NCBI GenBank assembly: GCA_000091205.1
Contig: AP006493.2
Length of the DNA: 64,000 bases
Origin: Cyanidioschyzon merolae
Taxonomy: Eukaryota
Reading direction: 5' to 3' (one strand)
The notes beneath the pieces are model-generated. The model saw only the letters and a list, made by a program, of their open reading frames with translations. It made no database searches and was not told the DNA's origin. The translations under genes and the position numbers were made by a program. Below are positions 54,248 through 64,000 of this stretch, piece after piece; position 1 is the first letter of the stretch, and each line of letters starts with the position of its first letter.

Positions 54248-57055
54248 TCAGCTACCAGAGTCCCGTTTCGTAAGGTCCGCTTTTTCAGATTCTGATTGAT
54301 CCAGTCCACAAGTTTCCATTAGTGAGCCGTCATCGTGTTGCTTCAGAGCGGGACTATGCGAAGATGCGTCATGGAACGGCCGGACTCGCCTGCAAATCAC
54401 TTTCTGGAAAGCTGCCCATATATTCGTATTGTGCGTTTCATGTTCTCTTGGACATGGTCTCTTCTCGGAAAGTTTTTCATGAGCACTGTGCTTGGGGCTT
54501 GTTACTTTTGTCGGAGTCTGTGACGAGGGCGCCGGTGTCATCGAGGCGCCCGGCACTTCGATGCTCAAATCCGTGGGCGCCGCCGAGCTGAGAATCACTT
54601 TGAAGCGTTGGAGAACCTTGTCGGGATCCGCAGAAAGATGAACGACTCTGCTGCGCCGTTCGAAAGGTTTCCGCAGTTTCCTGAGTTCAGCTGTTCTTGC
54701 ATCAGACTCTTGATGACTGAAAGAGGGGTTTCCGGAATCCATTTCTGTCTGCGATACGACATTGCTTGAACCTCGACGGGATACGCTCGAATGACAACTT
54801 TCAGAATCTGATGACGCATCGTCATCAGCAATGAAATCTGTGTCTGTATCGCATTCCAGGGAACTTCCAGAGCAGCTCGAGCTCCCATGTGCAGACTCTT
54901 CATCTGAGGTTGACAGCAAGTCTTCTCCAGAGTCGTCATCTTCCCATTCCATGTCGCTGTCGCAATCATAGTCGATCAGGTCGTCGTCGAGAATCGCAAA
55001 GGGAGCACGGGGGCGAATCTTATGCACTTGTTCCATCAGCGGCCAAGGTCCATGATACGGAGGCCGACTATTCTCATAGAAATGTAAGTAACGATATCCT
55101 GGTCTTACGAACCGCCCGGAGATACATGAGTATGCAGTGATTTGTTTGCGATGCAGTGCTACCCATACTTGATTCAGCAGTGCTTTGGATAGCACCCCAC
55201 CGTCGCCATCCGCTCTTATATGTTGAATTCCCCGTTCGACAAGCTCGACGTCCTCGGAGTTCGAAAATCGGGTTATCGCCTCCTTGCAGATGACTCCACG
55301 CGACCAGCGTTGCAAAAAAACTTGTACAAAATAGCTTTTTCGCGCAAGGCGCAGCTCACGCACGAGTACAGCAATATCCGGCTGTTGATGTGCAGGGGTT
55401 ACAGTTCGGTCCTGCTGCCTAGCACGCGAGGCGGCCACCAAAACATCCATGGCTAAGCTCAGTCGTCGACGAGGGGCGCGCGCGCAGTCAGGGCCCCAGA
55501 TTGTATCCTCCTCGGCAGTACTAGGCACGTTGCGAGCATCCAAAGGCGCTTTTTCCCTCAGAGGAGAGTCGAATTGAAGAGCCAGGGGGCCACAAAAAGT
55601 CACTGTTTTCATCGGCGCTATACTCATAGTGTTTTCCATTTCAGATCTGCGGCGCATGAACCGGAATAAAGTCTTCGCTGATTGTTTTCCATCTTCATTA
55701 CCGATTTGTGATTCAGCGCGATGCGAACGATTTTTACCACGTCGTTTCGCGGATCGCAAGCATGGAGACACCTCCTTGATGCCGTTCTCGGACTCCGCCT
55801 CGTCAGCCTTCATTTCATTGCAACTGCTCTGGTCTGGACCAACGCCTACGTCCTGTTGGAGCTGAGGCGAGAGCGGCTCAGACTCCGGTTTTCGCTTCCT
55901 TGATTTTTCATTACGATCCCGTCTCTGTTCGAGACGCTTTTTCAAACGATCTGCGCGTGAAATGATTGAATCAACGACGGATGACTTTCGCACCAGTGAT
56001 GATGCTTTCGTGTCAAGTGCATGCATAATCAAATCCAAGCAGATATCTATTCGTCTTTGAATATCGATGAACAGAGCCTTGGCCTCCTTCCACGAACCAA
56101 ATGCCACCATACGCGACGAGTTCGTCTCTCTCGGGTTCGATTGCGTTTCCGAGACCAGTGCCGGATCCAGGACATCGAAAAGGAAGACCTGATGGCTGGG
56201 ATTCTGTAGCGCGCTACAGAGTACCTCGAAACATCTGCACTCTTCTGCTGCAAGCTCCACTCCTGGCGATAAATGCGAAAGCTCGGAATGCAGTACGTCA
56301 CCAATCATTCTTTTCATCTTGATATTTCGTTCGAGCACGATACCGCCCGGAAGACATATCATACACTGCTCCATGAGAGTTTTCACATGTCCCACGTCCG
56401 CGCAACGAGCTTCTGCGGCAAATGCCTGTGCTAGTGTCCAGAAAGCGGTTTCCTGGCTGCTCGCACCGGCGACGACACATCCGGAGCCGAATCTCGCAAG
56501 CTCACCGGGAATAGAGCTGATTGATTCCTGATCAACCGGGAACGAAGCCAAAATGGGCGTGCCTTCGGCTTCTATGACACGCCGCGAGCAACTCTTGAGT
56601 TCCTCGACATGCTGAAGCACCTCGGCGCTGTACTTAATAGCAAGTCGCAACATAGCCGGCGGTACCGACTGCCTCAGCGACCGTGAACTCTGTTGATAGT
56701 CGCGAACCTTACGCTCCTCCTCCAAAAGAAGGCGCTCCAGCGGCATGGTGGACGAAGTCGTACTTGCTTCCGTTGTTGAACTGCCCCCGTCGAGCGCGGC
56801 AGAGGCGTCAGAACTGCAGACGACACCCTTCGCGTAAACTTCGCCACTGCTGCTCAGGGTCCCCGTTGTCAACGCCTCCGGATCAGGGGCGCAAGTGCGC
56901 TTCGTGTGGACTGTATGGCACACACTCGGTACCGCTCCCAGCAGTTCATCCTCCATAGCCTTGTCTGGTTCCGAAAAAGTGCGCTTCGGGCGACTACCGC
57001 AATTGGCGCCAGAAAGGTCAGTGCACGCGCGCCCAGGCTCGCTTCCGATCCACAT
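54248..57055 (-). CDS. CHAF1A: chromatin assembly factor 1 subunit A (CAF-1 p150 / FAS1-like)
   Basis: 935-aa ORF starting with ATG. The conserved CAF1A block FYENSRPPYHGPWPLMEQVHKIRPRAPFAILDDDLIDYDCDSDMEWEDDDSGEDL matches the known FCENHRPAYWGTW...LLDYEVDSDEEWEEEEPGE signature. There is also a basic KER-like region (RKRKPESEP, KRRGKNRSHR). Confidence 0.7.
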   Translation of the reverse strand: MWIGSEPGRACTDLSGANCGSRPKRTFSEPDKAMEDELLGAVPSVCHTVHTKRTCAPDPEALTTGTLSSSGEVYAKGVVCSSDASAALDGGSSTTEASTTSSTMPLERLLLEEERKVRDYQQSSRSLRQSVPPAMLRLAIKYSAEVLQHVEELKSCSRRVIEAEGTPILASFPVDQESISSIPGELARFGSGCVVAGASSQETAFWTLAQAFAAEARCADVGHVKTLMEQCMICLPGGIVLERNIKMKRMIGDVLHSELSHLSPGVELAAEECRCFEVLCSALQNPSHQVFLFDVLDPALVSETQSNPRETNSSRMVAFGSWKEAKALFIDIQRRIDICLDLIMHALDTKASSLVRKSSVVDSIISRADRLKKRLEQRRDRNEKSRKRKPESEPLSPQLQQDVGVGPDQSSCNEMKADEAESENGIKEVSPCLRSAKRRGKNRSHRAESQIGNEDGKQSAKTLFRFMRRRSEMENTMSIAPMKTVTFCGPLALQFDSPLREKAPLDARNVPSTAEEDTIWGPDCARAPRRRLSLAMDVLVAASRARQQDRTVTPAHQQPDIAVLVRELRLARKSYFVQVFLQRWSRGVICKEAITRFSNSEDVELVERGIQHIRADGDGGVLSKALLNQVWVALHRKQITAYSCISGRFVRPGYRYLHFYENSRPPYHGPWPLMEQVHKIRPRAPFAILDDDLIDYDCDSDMEWEDDDSGEDLLSTSDEESAHGSSSCSGSSLECDTDTDFIADDDASSDSESCHSSVSRRGSSNVVSQTEMDSGNPSFSHQESDARTAELRKLRKPFERRSRVVHLSADPDKVLQRFKVILSSAAPTDLSIEVPGASMTPAPSSQTPTKVTSPKHSAHEKLSEKRPCPREHETHNTNIWAAFQKVICRRVRPFHDASSHSPALKQHDDGSLMETCGLDQSESEKADLTKRDSGS

Positions 57056-58411
57056 GTGAAAGATGGACCTATAGGCATAAAGATATCATAGTCGCGAATC
57101 AGCCTCGACGCCGGGAGAGGTTGCTACGATAACTCGAGTCCAACACTTTTTTCCATTTATGCGGAAGAGCCGGGGGCCACTCCGAGCATAATCGGTGAGG
57201 CGCATCATGCTGCTGATGAATGTCCTCTCGTCGATTGTCATAAACTAAGAAGCACTCGTCTATCGAATGGAATTGCGTATTGGACGTGAGATGTATAGAA
57301 GACTTGCAGCGTGAGCCTGTGAACAATTCGTTAGAGCGCGCCATCGATTTGTTTTCCCTGTCAATCCTACGGCGCCAATTGGTGCGCCTCCGACATGCTT
57401 TGAAACAGAAAGATCGAAAATTTGAAGAAAGCTTTTTTCGAGTACGCTACGCGTAAGGAATGGAGAAGATTGGAGGTTTGTGCGCATGAATTGGATAGTG
57501 GTGTCAGTTATTTTACGATTCCTTGTTCGATAGGTTCACTAGTCATGCTGATTCCGATGACATACCGAATCTCAGCCCAAAAAGAGTCGATTGCACGACT
57601 CGGAAGGGACCACAGAGAATCCTAAAATTATGTATGGAACCGTAAAACCGCTTCCCCAACTGCCGCACTCCGAATGTCGAGGTTGTACATCAAAAGAAAT
57701 TTGGGGGAAATGGGTACGCAAGTGCAGAACGAGCAGCTATGTGTTTAACTTAATCTGAAATAAAAAAAAAGAACGGGTGTGTCATCTGAGCTGAGAGCGA
57801 CGGATGCGCCCGTTCGAGCATGCGCGTTATCGAAGGCTGCTCGTTCTGTATCACGACTAGCGGCAGAGCTGCTTCTCGCCGACTGTCATGGCTTCAAGAA
57901 AAGAGCCGAATTGCATCCAAAATTGAGACAAGAATGGTTCACCCAGCGGAAACGAGGAGGCTGCGGTATTTGACGCCGGTGTGCAACAGGGTCCCAAGCT
58001 ATGTGTTCAAAAGCTTTGTAATCAACCAGAGCTCTAAGTTTTACGTAGATTCAATACGACTTTGAAGTGCATAAAGTCGACGGAAATAGATATCGCGACG
58101 ACTGATACTCGTGTACATCCTATTCGGCTCTACCTTCCGGAGAGGCACGGTGGCGTTCGCTCTCAAATACATTTTCCTCAACGATACCGCTCCGTATGAG
58201 AGATACTACCGCTCCGATTCCGATCCTTTTTCTAGTGATACTCACCGCATGTGTAATCGATACGTTCCAGCGCGATTTAAGATTCTCCTACTGCCTTGGA
58301 ACGAGGCCTGCATGCAGCGAGAATCCGTTTCAGTGGATAATGAGCTGCACTGCCTGAATGGCGAGAAATATGTTCGCAAAGCATGCGCATAGGGTCGTCC
58401 TTGATCCGCCC

Positions 58412-59563
58412 TCATTCCGCCTGCTCTGACATTCGAGGTGATCCGCGGCGTGCAGTCACAATACTTCGAATACCCATTGCAACAAAAAGCACCGCACTAA
58501 CTTGCAGTAATCGAGTATACGGGAGGCGGAGCGCGACTCCGCTGCCGATCCAGGAACCGAACAAAACGCCACCAAGAAGTCCGAACAGGAGCTCGTTCTT
58601 CACATGACCCAGTCTGGAGTGTGTAACCGCACCGCTAAAGGAGGGCAGAACCATCGCTGCAAGAGCTGTACCCTGGGCTTCCCTCTGCCCAAAGCCTGCG
58701 ATATAAGATAGAAATGGGATCACGATGGTGCCTCCGCCTACCCCCATCAGACCAGAAAAGAAACCTGCGATGCAGCCTGCCGCACCAATGGTTAGGGCTA
58801 TTCTCATTGTACGCGGCAAATCTCCAGAGTTGTCCCCCAGAGACAATGCCGCCGAGGAAGATGTGCCAGTGTTCTGAACATACATGAGCCCGAGACTTCT
58901 CAAAAAATTCAGTACGCCGATGATAAGAACGAATACCCCAAAGTATTTCCGAAGAAGTGCGCTTTTCACACGACTAGAGTATGCTGCTCCAGCGCTCGCC
59001 GTTAACACAGCACCGAGAGCTACAATGAGTGCTGCTGTCAGATGTACGGCACGGCCCCGCGCGTAGGCGAGCGCTCCAACGCATGAGCTGAAAGAGACGG
59101 CCACTAGAGATGTTCCATGAGCCTCGTGCTGCGAGAGGCCGGCGACGCTAGTCAACAGTGGAGTCATAATGATGCCGCCTCCGACACCAATCAGGGATCC
59201 GAGAAAACCCGCCGTGAGCCCGATCAGGCCGGAGAGCACGATTCTCGCGGCGAGTGCTGACTTGCTCGCAGTCATGCGAATGCATCCGGCGTTCCGACGT
59301 GGCAAGATTTTCGAGTCATTTCTGATGCGCGTACAGGTTGCATGAAATCCAAAGCCCAGCGTCTTGGTGTGCCGCGTATCGACCTGCAGCCTGCCGCAGT
59401 TTCCAAAGCGTCCCGGTGGTGCACTGGTCCGAACTCGATAGGCAGCGCAGTGAGCCCCTCTGAGGTACAAAGCCGCTATCTTTCTCGACCAGAGCGCTGA
59501 ATTGGCAAACCCAAGCGAAGATTGCTGGACATTCGCAAGTTTCGTAGGTACGCGATTCTTCAT
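58412..59563 (-). CDS. TauE/SafE (TSUP, DUF81) family anion/sulfite exporter, probably organelle-targeted
   Basis: Duplicated 4-TM halves, each with LGSLIGVGGGIIMTPLL and FFSGLMGVGGGTIVIPFLS, plus GTSLVAV. The tracked ORF (to 59719) starts on GTG; the first ATG is at 59563. The N-terminal extension is long. Confidence 0.7.
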   Translation of the reverse strand: MKNRVPTKLANVQQSSLGFANSALWSRKIAALYLRGAHCAAYRVRTSAPPGRFGNCGRLQVDTRHTKTLGFGFHATCTRIRNDSKILPRRNAGCIRMTASKSALAARIVLSGLIGLTAGFLGSLIGVGGGIIMTPLLTSVAGLSQHEAHGTSLVAVSFSSCVGALAYARGRAVHLTAALIVALGAVLTASAGAAYSSRVKSALLRKYFGVFVLIIGVLNFLRSLGLMYVQNTGTSSSAALSLGDNSGDLPRTMRIALTIGAAGCIAGFFSGLMGVGGGTIVIPFLSYIAGFGQREAQGTALAAMVLPSFSGAVTHSRLGHVKNELLFGLLGGVLFGSWIGSGVALRLPYTRLLQVSAVLFVAMGIRSIVTARRGSPRMSEQAE

Positions 59564-60012
59564 GAATTCACGTTGCAGAGCGAAGCGAGACGTCTCGGTG
59601 TTCAAGCGGTCCAGTGCGCTGCCGCTATTCACTGCTCTCCAGAGACGCTCTGTCCAGGAGTTCAGTTCCAGCCGAGGCAGCTGCGAGTTGAAGGCCTTAA
59701 ATAGGACGCACTCGCTCACACTCTAGGTGGTATGGAAAGTCAACTATCTGGAACTTGCTAACTGACTAGCTAGTGAGCTTCTACGATCATGTCTTATTCT
59801 TCGGCAAGGCGACAGTGCCCGAACGCAATGTTTCCCGATGAAGATGCAGCTGAACAATATTGTACTACATGGTCATCAGTCAGGATCGAGCCTCCGCCCA
59901 TCCCGCCTGACTCACAAAAGATAGTCTTCTGGAAAGCGAGCAGCACTGTATAGCCTACCATACGGTACTAGCGCGCCTGCGGGAAGGTTGCTGCCTGAAC
60001 GACAAGCAGGTC

Positions 60013-60729
60013 ATGGAGGAGGCCTGGCTTCGAGTTTGCGAAGAGAGTCTGAGTGTGGCTTTTCAGAACACCGCTCCGGAGAATACGCTTGCCTATGATA
60101 GTTTCGGTGGAGCGCAGCGGTGCGCGCTGCGGGCCTTTGGACGCGTTCAGAGCGTCGTTGCGCCCACACAAAGACAGGTTCACACACAGAGCACCGAACT
60201 GAGCATAAAGAAGGAAGTGGCTCTGCGAGACGGAGAACACTGCGGCCGCCTGGGTCCAGCTCCGTCAAAGAGACCCCGCTCCGCCTTGCGTGGCGCTGAG
60301 GCTACTTCCACGCCTAGCGTGGACGTGGAAATCTATCAGCGGGAACTCTGCGACATAGCTTGTAGGCTGCTCTGTTTTAGGATAGCACCATGCTCAACGA
60401 GTAGCCATAAGCGTCAGAAAGTCTGTACAGAGGCTCTCAGTGAACGACGAGTGGAGCGATCAGGCACAAGTTTGCAAGGAGCATCCGCGGACGTGACCGG
60501 TTCAGCTCATAACCTCAGTGAGTTTGATGCTCCCGAGGATTGTGGAAAATATGACGCCGAAGGGATACAGCTGGTTCATGTCAATGAATCGGGAGAAGAG
60601 CCGGTTGGGCCGCCCCCATCGGATCTGTTTGAGTTGCATTGGGAGACGCCACCCGGAGGCTCCGCCTATCATCAAGGACGGAGCAGAACCATTACCGACC
60701 ATGATTTTCGGAATTTTTACTGTGCATGA
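60013..60729 (+). CDS. hypothetical protein
   Basis: 238-aa ORF with an ATG start and no recognisable motifs. It lies in the gap between the TSUP and eIF2B genes. Confidence 0.3.
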   Translation: MEEAWLRVCEESLSVAFQNTAPENTLAYDSFGGAQRCALRAFGRVQSVVAPTQRQVHTQSTELSIKKEVALRDGEHCGRLGPAPSKRPRSALRGAEATSTPSVDVEIYQRELCDIACRLLCFRIAPCSTSSHKRQKVCTEALSERRVERSGTSLQGASADVTGSAHNLSEFDAPEDCGKYDAEGIQLVHVNESGEEPVGPPPSDLFELHWETPPGGSAYHQGRSRTITDHDFRNFYCA

Positions 60730-61033
60730 GCACCATTTGTGTCTTTAAAAGAAGTGTAGTCACCGAGAATGCCACGCCATGGTGCTGCATCGTTTGGATA
60801 CGGGGAGTCTGCGATGGAGCATCGAATAGCGCGGGAAGTCCTATGCCGCAAAACGACGACGATCCTCTGTATATCGCAGGCACTATGCATTTCCATGGTG
60901 CGTTATCCGCGCAAAGACTTGTTCTGAAGGTATCGATGGTATCTCACGGGCATAAGTTGCCGTGCAAATGCAGAGACAACACACCGCTCTGAATTGCGGA
61001 CTGCAACGATTCCTCGGTCCTCCAGACCACATC

Positions 61034-61047
61034 GGGGGGGGGGGGGG
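61034..61047. repeat. G14 homopolymer tract
   Basis: atcgggggggggggggggcgg. Confidence 0.8.
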
Positions 61048-61221
61048 CGGACTTCACGCAGGCCATGTCCACCGTACAAACGCACATCGCAAATCCTATC
61101 CGCCACGACTTGAATGTTACTGCCGTATTCAAAACACCAAAAAATCCGGAGAAGCGGTTTTCCATGCAAGCTTTCCGCTCACAGAGATGTACGCTATAAC
61201 TGGGTACGAGCGTGTGCACCA

Positions 61222-62739
61222 TTAATGATACATTTTCATCAGCGCCTCGGAGACGGCTGCAGGCGTAAGCACCCCAAGATCCGTGATTAAAAGATGTATG
61301 TACGACCCCGGAGTCAAGTCACTGGGTGGGCACTCGAACTGCAACTGTTTGGGAATCTCCTCGTGGCGCGTCATTTGTCTGTAGGATCGTGGCGCGTGGT
61401 CCGAATCAGTCTTACTAATGTCGCGTTGCGTCAGTGGGTAAATGCGCACGAACTTGTATGATTCTGCAGCGATGAAAACCTGAACATTGAAAGTCTTTGC
61501 CGCGAGGGCGATGCCCAGGCTACCGACCTGATTGATGACGGCGCCGCTCTCGGCGATCGCTTCAGCGCCCAAAAGCACGATATCAATGACTTCCATTGCA
61601 GCAGGAACCGCACTGTCAGGAATGATGGTGACCTGAATACCGAGACGCATGACGTCGCAACAGAAACGCAACGTTTTGGCCGTCATCCCCGAAGAAAGCG
61701 CAGCATCATGGCGACCGCGGCCTTCTACGACCACAACACGAAACTGCTTTCGTTTCATGCGAGCCGCGCGCTCGATAATGCTGAATACCACACGTGATCC
61801 ACCATGAGTAAGGATATTGCTTCCCTGGAGAATGAAGGGCTCACCGAAAACAGCAATACGTTCCCGACACGTGTCCGTCATTGCGCGAAAGTGCTCGCCG
61901 CGTTGAATTAGCCGCATCTTGCACTCCGCAAAGTCCGGGAAGTCGAAGGAGGTCCTTGTTATGAACTTCACAAAAAGCTCGCACGCAGCCCTCACGGAGA
62001 GTTCACTCGAACGAGCGTACGAGATCATCTTGTCGCAGGCGCGTCTGACTTCTAGCTCAAGGCCATAAATGGTTTCCGAGCGAGAACATCGTATCAGATC
62101 GGTGAGCACGTGGACAGCCGCCGGAGCTGCCGGCGTCTCTCGCGCGAGCTCCGAGCGAAACCGCGTAAGAACATCGAACTCAGGCTCTGGGACGCCGGCA
62201 ACTTCGTGGGGCTGCCCGGGTTTCGCCTGTGCGGCCAAAAGATAGGTCACATCAAGCTGCGATTGCTTACGTTGTGTAAAAATCGAGCTACCGTCGGTTC
62301 CAGTGGGAGCGGCACACGCACCCTCACTGCTCGGAACACTCGTCCAAGGGGCAGCGCGCCCCGCGTTCGTGGCTGTCGATGTGCTCACGAGCGAGCCAGA
62401 GTCAGGTTGAACGTCTTTCGAGACCCGTTCCCGTATTGACGGCTCATGCATCAGATGGTCACTCTGTGTCCACAGAGTACAGCAACAAAACAAAGACAGC
62501 GAGTTTCTCTGGTGCAGTGCACCGGAAGCGTAGCAAGCTATCCGAAGATTGATAATACGAGGGCGCGTCCGCTGGCATAGCGTCGAGAAATTGAACATAT
62601 CGTGCAGGGCGTGTGCGCGCTCGCCAGAGTCCTTTTTCTGCGGAATCGTTTGCATCTTCCATGGATCCCACAGGCGTATGCGCTGGTTATCGGGATCCCG
62701 AGAACGTCCATCATGCCGAACCTGACGAACAAGTCCCAT
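61222..62739 (-). CDS. translation initiation factor eIF-2B subunit (IF-2B family; delta-like by length)
   Basis: 505-aa ORF starting with ATG. IF-2B family core: ILTHGGSRVV, FRVVVVEGRGRHDA, GIQVTIIPDSAVPAAMEVIDIVLLGAEAIAESGAVINQVGS, AAESYKFVRIYPLTQ. A low-complexity N-terminal extension fits the delta subunit. Confidence 0.75.
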   Translation of the reverse strand: MGLVRQVRHDGRSRDPDNQRIRLWDPWKMQTIPQKKDSGERAHALHDMFNFSTLCQRTRPRIINLRIACYASGALHQRNSLSLFCCCTLWTQSDHLMHEPSIRERVSKDVQPDSGSLVSTSTATNAGRAAPWTSVPSSEGACAAPTGTDGSSIFTQRKQSQLDVTYLLAAQAKPGQPHEVAGVPEPEFDVLTRFRSELARETPAAPAAVHVLTDLIRCSRSETIYGLELEVRRACDKMISYARSSELSVRAACELFVKFITRTSFDFPDFAECKMRLIQRGEHFRAMTDTCRERIAVFGEPFILQGSNILTHGGSRVVFSIIERAARMKRKQFRVVVVEGRGRHDAALSSGMTAKTLRFCCDVMRLGIQVTIIPDSAVPAAMEVIDIVLLGAEAIAESGAVINQVGSLGIALAAKTFNVQVFIAAESYKFVRIYPLTQRDISKTDSDHAPRSYRQMTRHEEIPKQLQFECPPSDLTPGSYIHLLITDLGVLTPAAVSEALMKMYH

Positions 62740-64000
62740 TAAATGCGACCATCACCAGCACCCATACTTCGTTTCGGAGAGCAAAATTCGTTCATAGCCC
62801 CTGCTCCGGGTGCCGAGCCAACCCGAAGTGCCCACAGTAGCGTTTGGGGCGTAGGTGCGGTTGCCGCACCTAGAAGGAGCTGCCTCGCTTTGCAACTGAG
62901 TACCTCAGCTCGCGGCGATAGCACAATGTCGCTGCAGTTATCGGGAGCACGCTGGCATCCAGAGGGAGCCGAGTTAGGCACGACGATCGCACACCAAGAA
63001 GAAGAGCGATTTGCTGCAGTGGCAGCGGATTCTTCCTTCGCCCTCAACCACGAGTCGTATGTTTCGCCCGTGATCTTCAGTGGAGTGAGATCTTGGACGA
63101 GCTCTGCATCATGATTACCAGCTCTGACGGAAAATATAAGCCAAGGCAGGGGTTTGTCGGTCCCAGTTTGAAGCCGCAGGGACAGCTTCACACAATGCTC
63201 GTTTCAATGCTACAGTACAACGCTGGAGGCCGTCAACCGCTCAGATTCGGTTTCCAGGGACCTATCTAGTGGCGTGGAGTCCCATACCGCGCAGCACGGT
63301 CCCACCATGATGCGTTTCAGTTCTCATTTTTGAAGGAGAACCGAAAGCATCGTTGCTCGCTACATCTGCCGGTCACTTCGGGCTGGATCAGTCATCCATG
63401 GCACACATGTAACTCGGTGTCGGTCGTCAGGACGCCAAAATTCTTAAAGAATGCAGCGCTGGCTTGTGCAAGTTGCGATAAATGGAACGCATCAGGCTCG
63501 TTACAAGTACAGGTCGCTTCTACGGAATAATCAGAGTCGTGCGCATGCGTCATGATGACAGGACGCCCAATGTCGTCTTGCAGCAAACAATGCACCTAGA
63601 CCGCGGAAGACGGGTGCATGGGGTCAGCATACAACACACGGACGACAAGCGGGAGCTTTGCGGACGCCGCAGGAACGGTATTGCTTCGACATCTCTTTGA
63701 CTGCAAAGCGAAGAGAGTTTATCCCGCGTCACGCTCCGATATTCAGCAGCATTGAAGTTCTTGACGAAATCTCAAGGGAAGCACCGGTCATTCACCAACA
63801 GGAGCGAAGCTAACCCGACCTGATGGGGAGACTGCGGCAGGGCCGCAAATCCATGACGCTCAATTCCCGCGTTAAGCGTCTTCCATCACCGACCAAGCCG
63901 TTACGGACGCACAGGCTGCAGGTTGCAAAAATATAGCCCGGGGGATACCGCACTCGCCACTCTGGTTATGAGCTCGGCGATGCTCGAGAAAGTTCCAGAG

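Overview
This 64-kb window looks like a gene-dense, intron-poor eukaryotic nuclear segment, most consistent with an alga. The evidence for that is the mix of genes: eukaryote-specific ones (RAD23, CAF-1 subunit A, eIF2B-family subunit, RPAC1/AC40, NAA35/MAK10-like, ITFG1-like, fused UMP synthase, frataxin) sit beside bacterial- or plastid-type genes that carry N-terminal extensions (sigma-70 factor, RecA, CofH-like radical SAM enzyme, lycopene cyclase, GGPP synthase, NDK, TauE/SafE transporter). About 19 host genes are present, almost all as single uninterrupted ORFs.

Interspersed among them are at least 11 copies or fragments of three related families of TnpB/Fanzor-like (OMEGA-type RuvC nuclease) elements, together about 30% of the window.
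- Family A: two divergent, inverted ~3.1-kb Fanzor1-like copies (A1 10553..13600 minus strand; A2 36000..39140 plus strand), with a K/R-rich N-terminal region and RuvC-I / zinc-finger-like / RuvC-III (RDSNAAINI) motifs. A solo copy of their 5' noncoding region (A3) lies at 52445..53200.
- Family B: four compact ~1.5-kb TnpB-like copies. B0 and B1 share an identical 941-bp block and flank a tRNA pseudouridine synthase gene.
- Family C: two ~99% identical 2.96-kb direct copies 22.9 kb apart, plus a degenerate inverted partial copy.

All copies have split reading frames, so they are either decayed or contain introns.

The most notable signal is a conserved noncoding module of about 190 nt immediately 3' of the nuclease ORFs, ending in a 7-10 bp hairpin at the element boundary. 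It is shared by families A and B, which is what a TnpB/Fanzor omega-RNA scaffold would look like. Three of these element 3' ends lie about 80-115 bp upstream of host-gene start codons in the same orientation.

No rRNA, tRNA or CRISPR features could be supported from the sequence alone.

Caveats: I could not run any searches. The supplied ORF track accepts GTG/TTG starts, so the true ATG starts I give are inferred.
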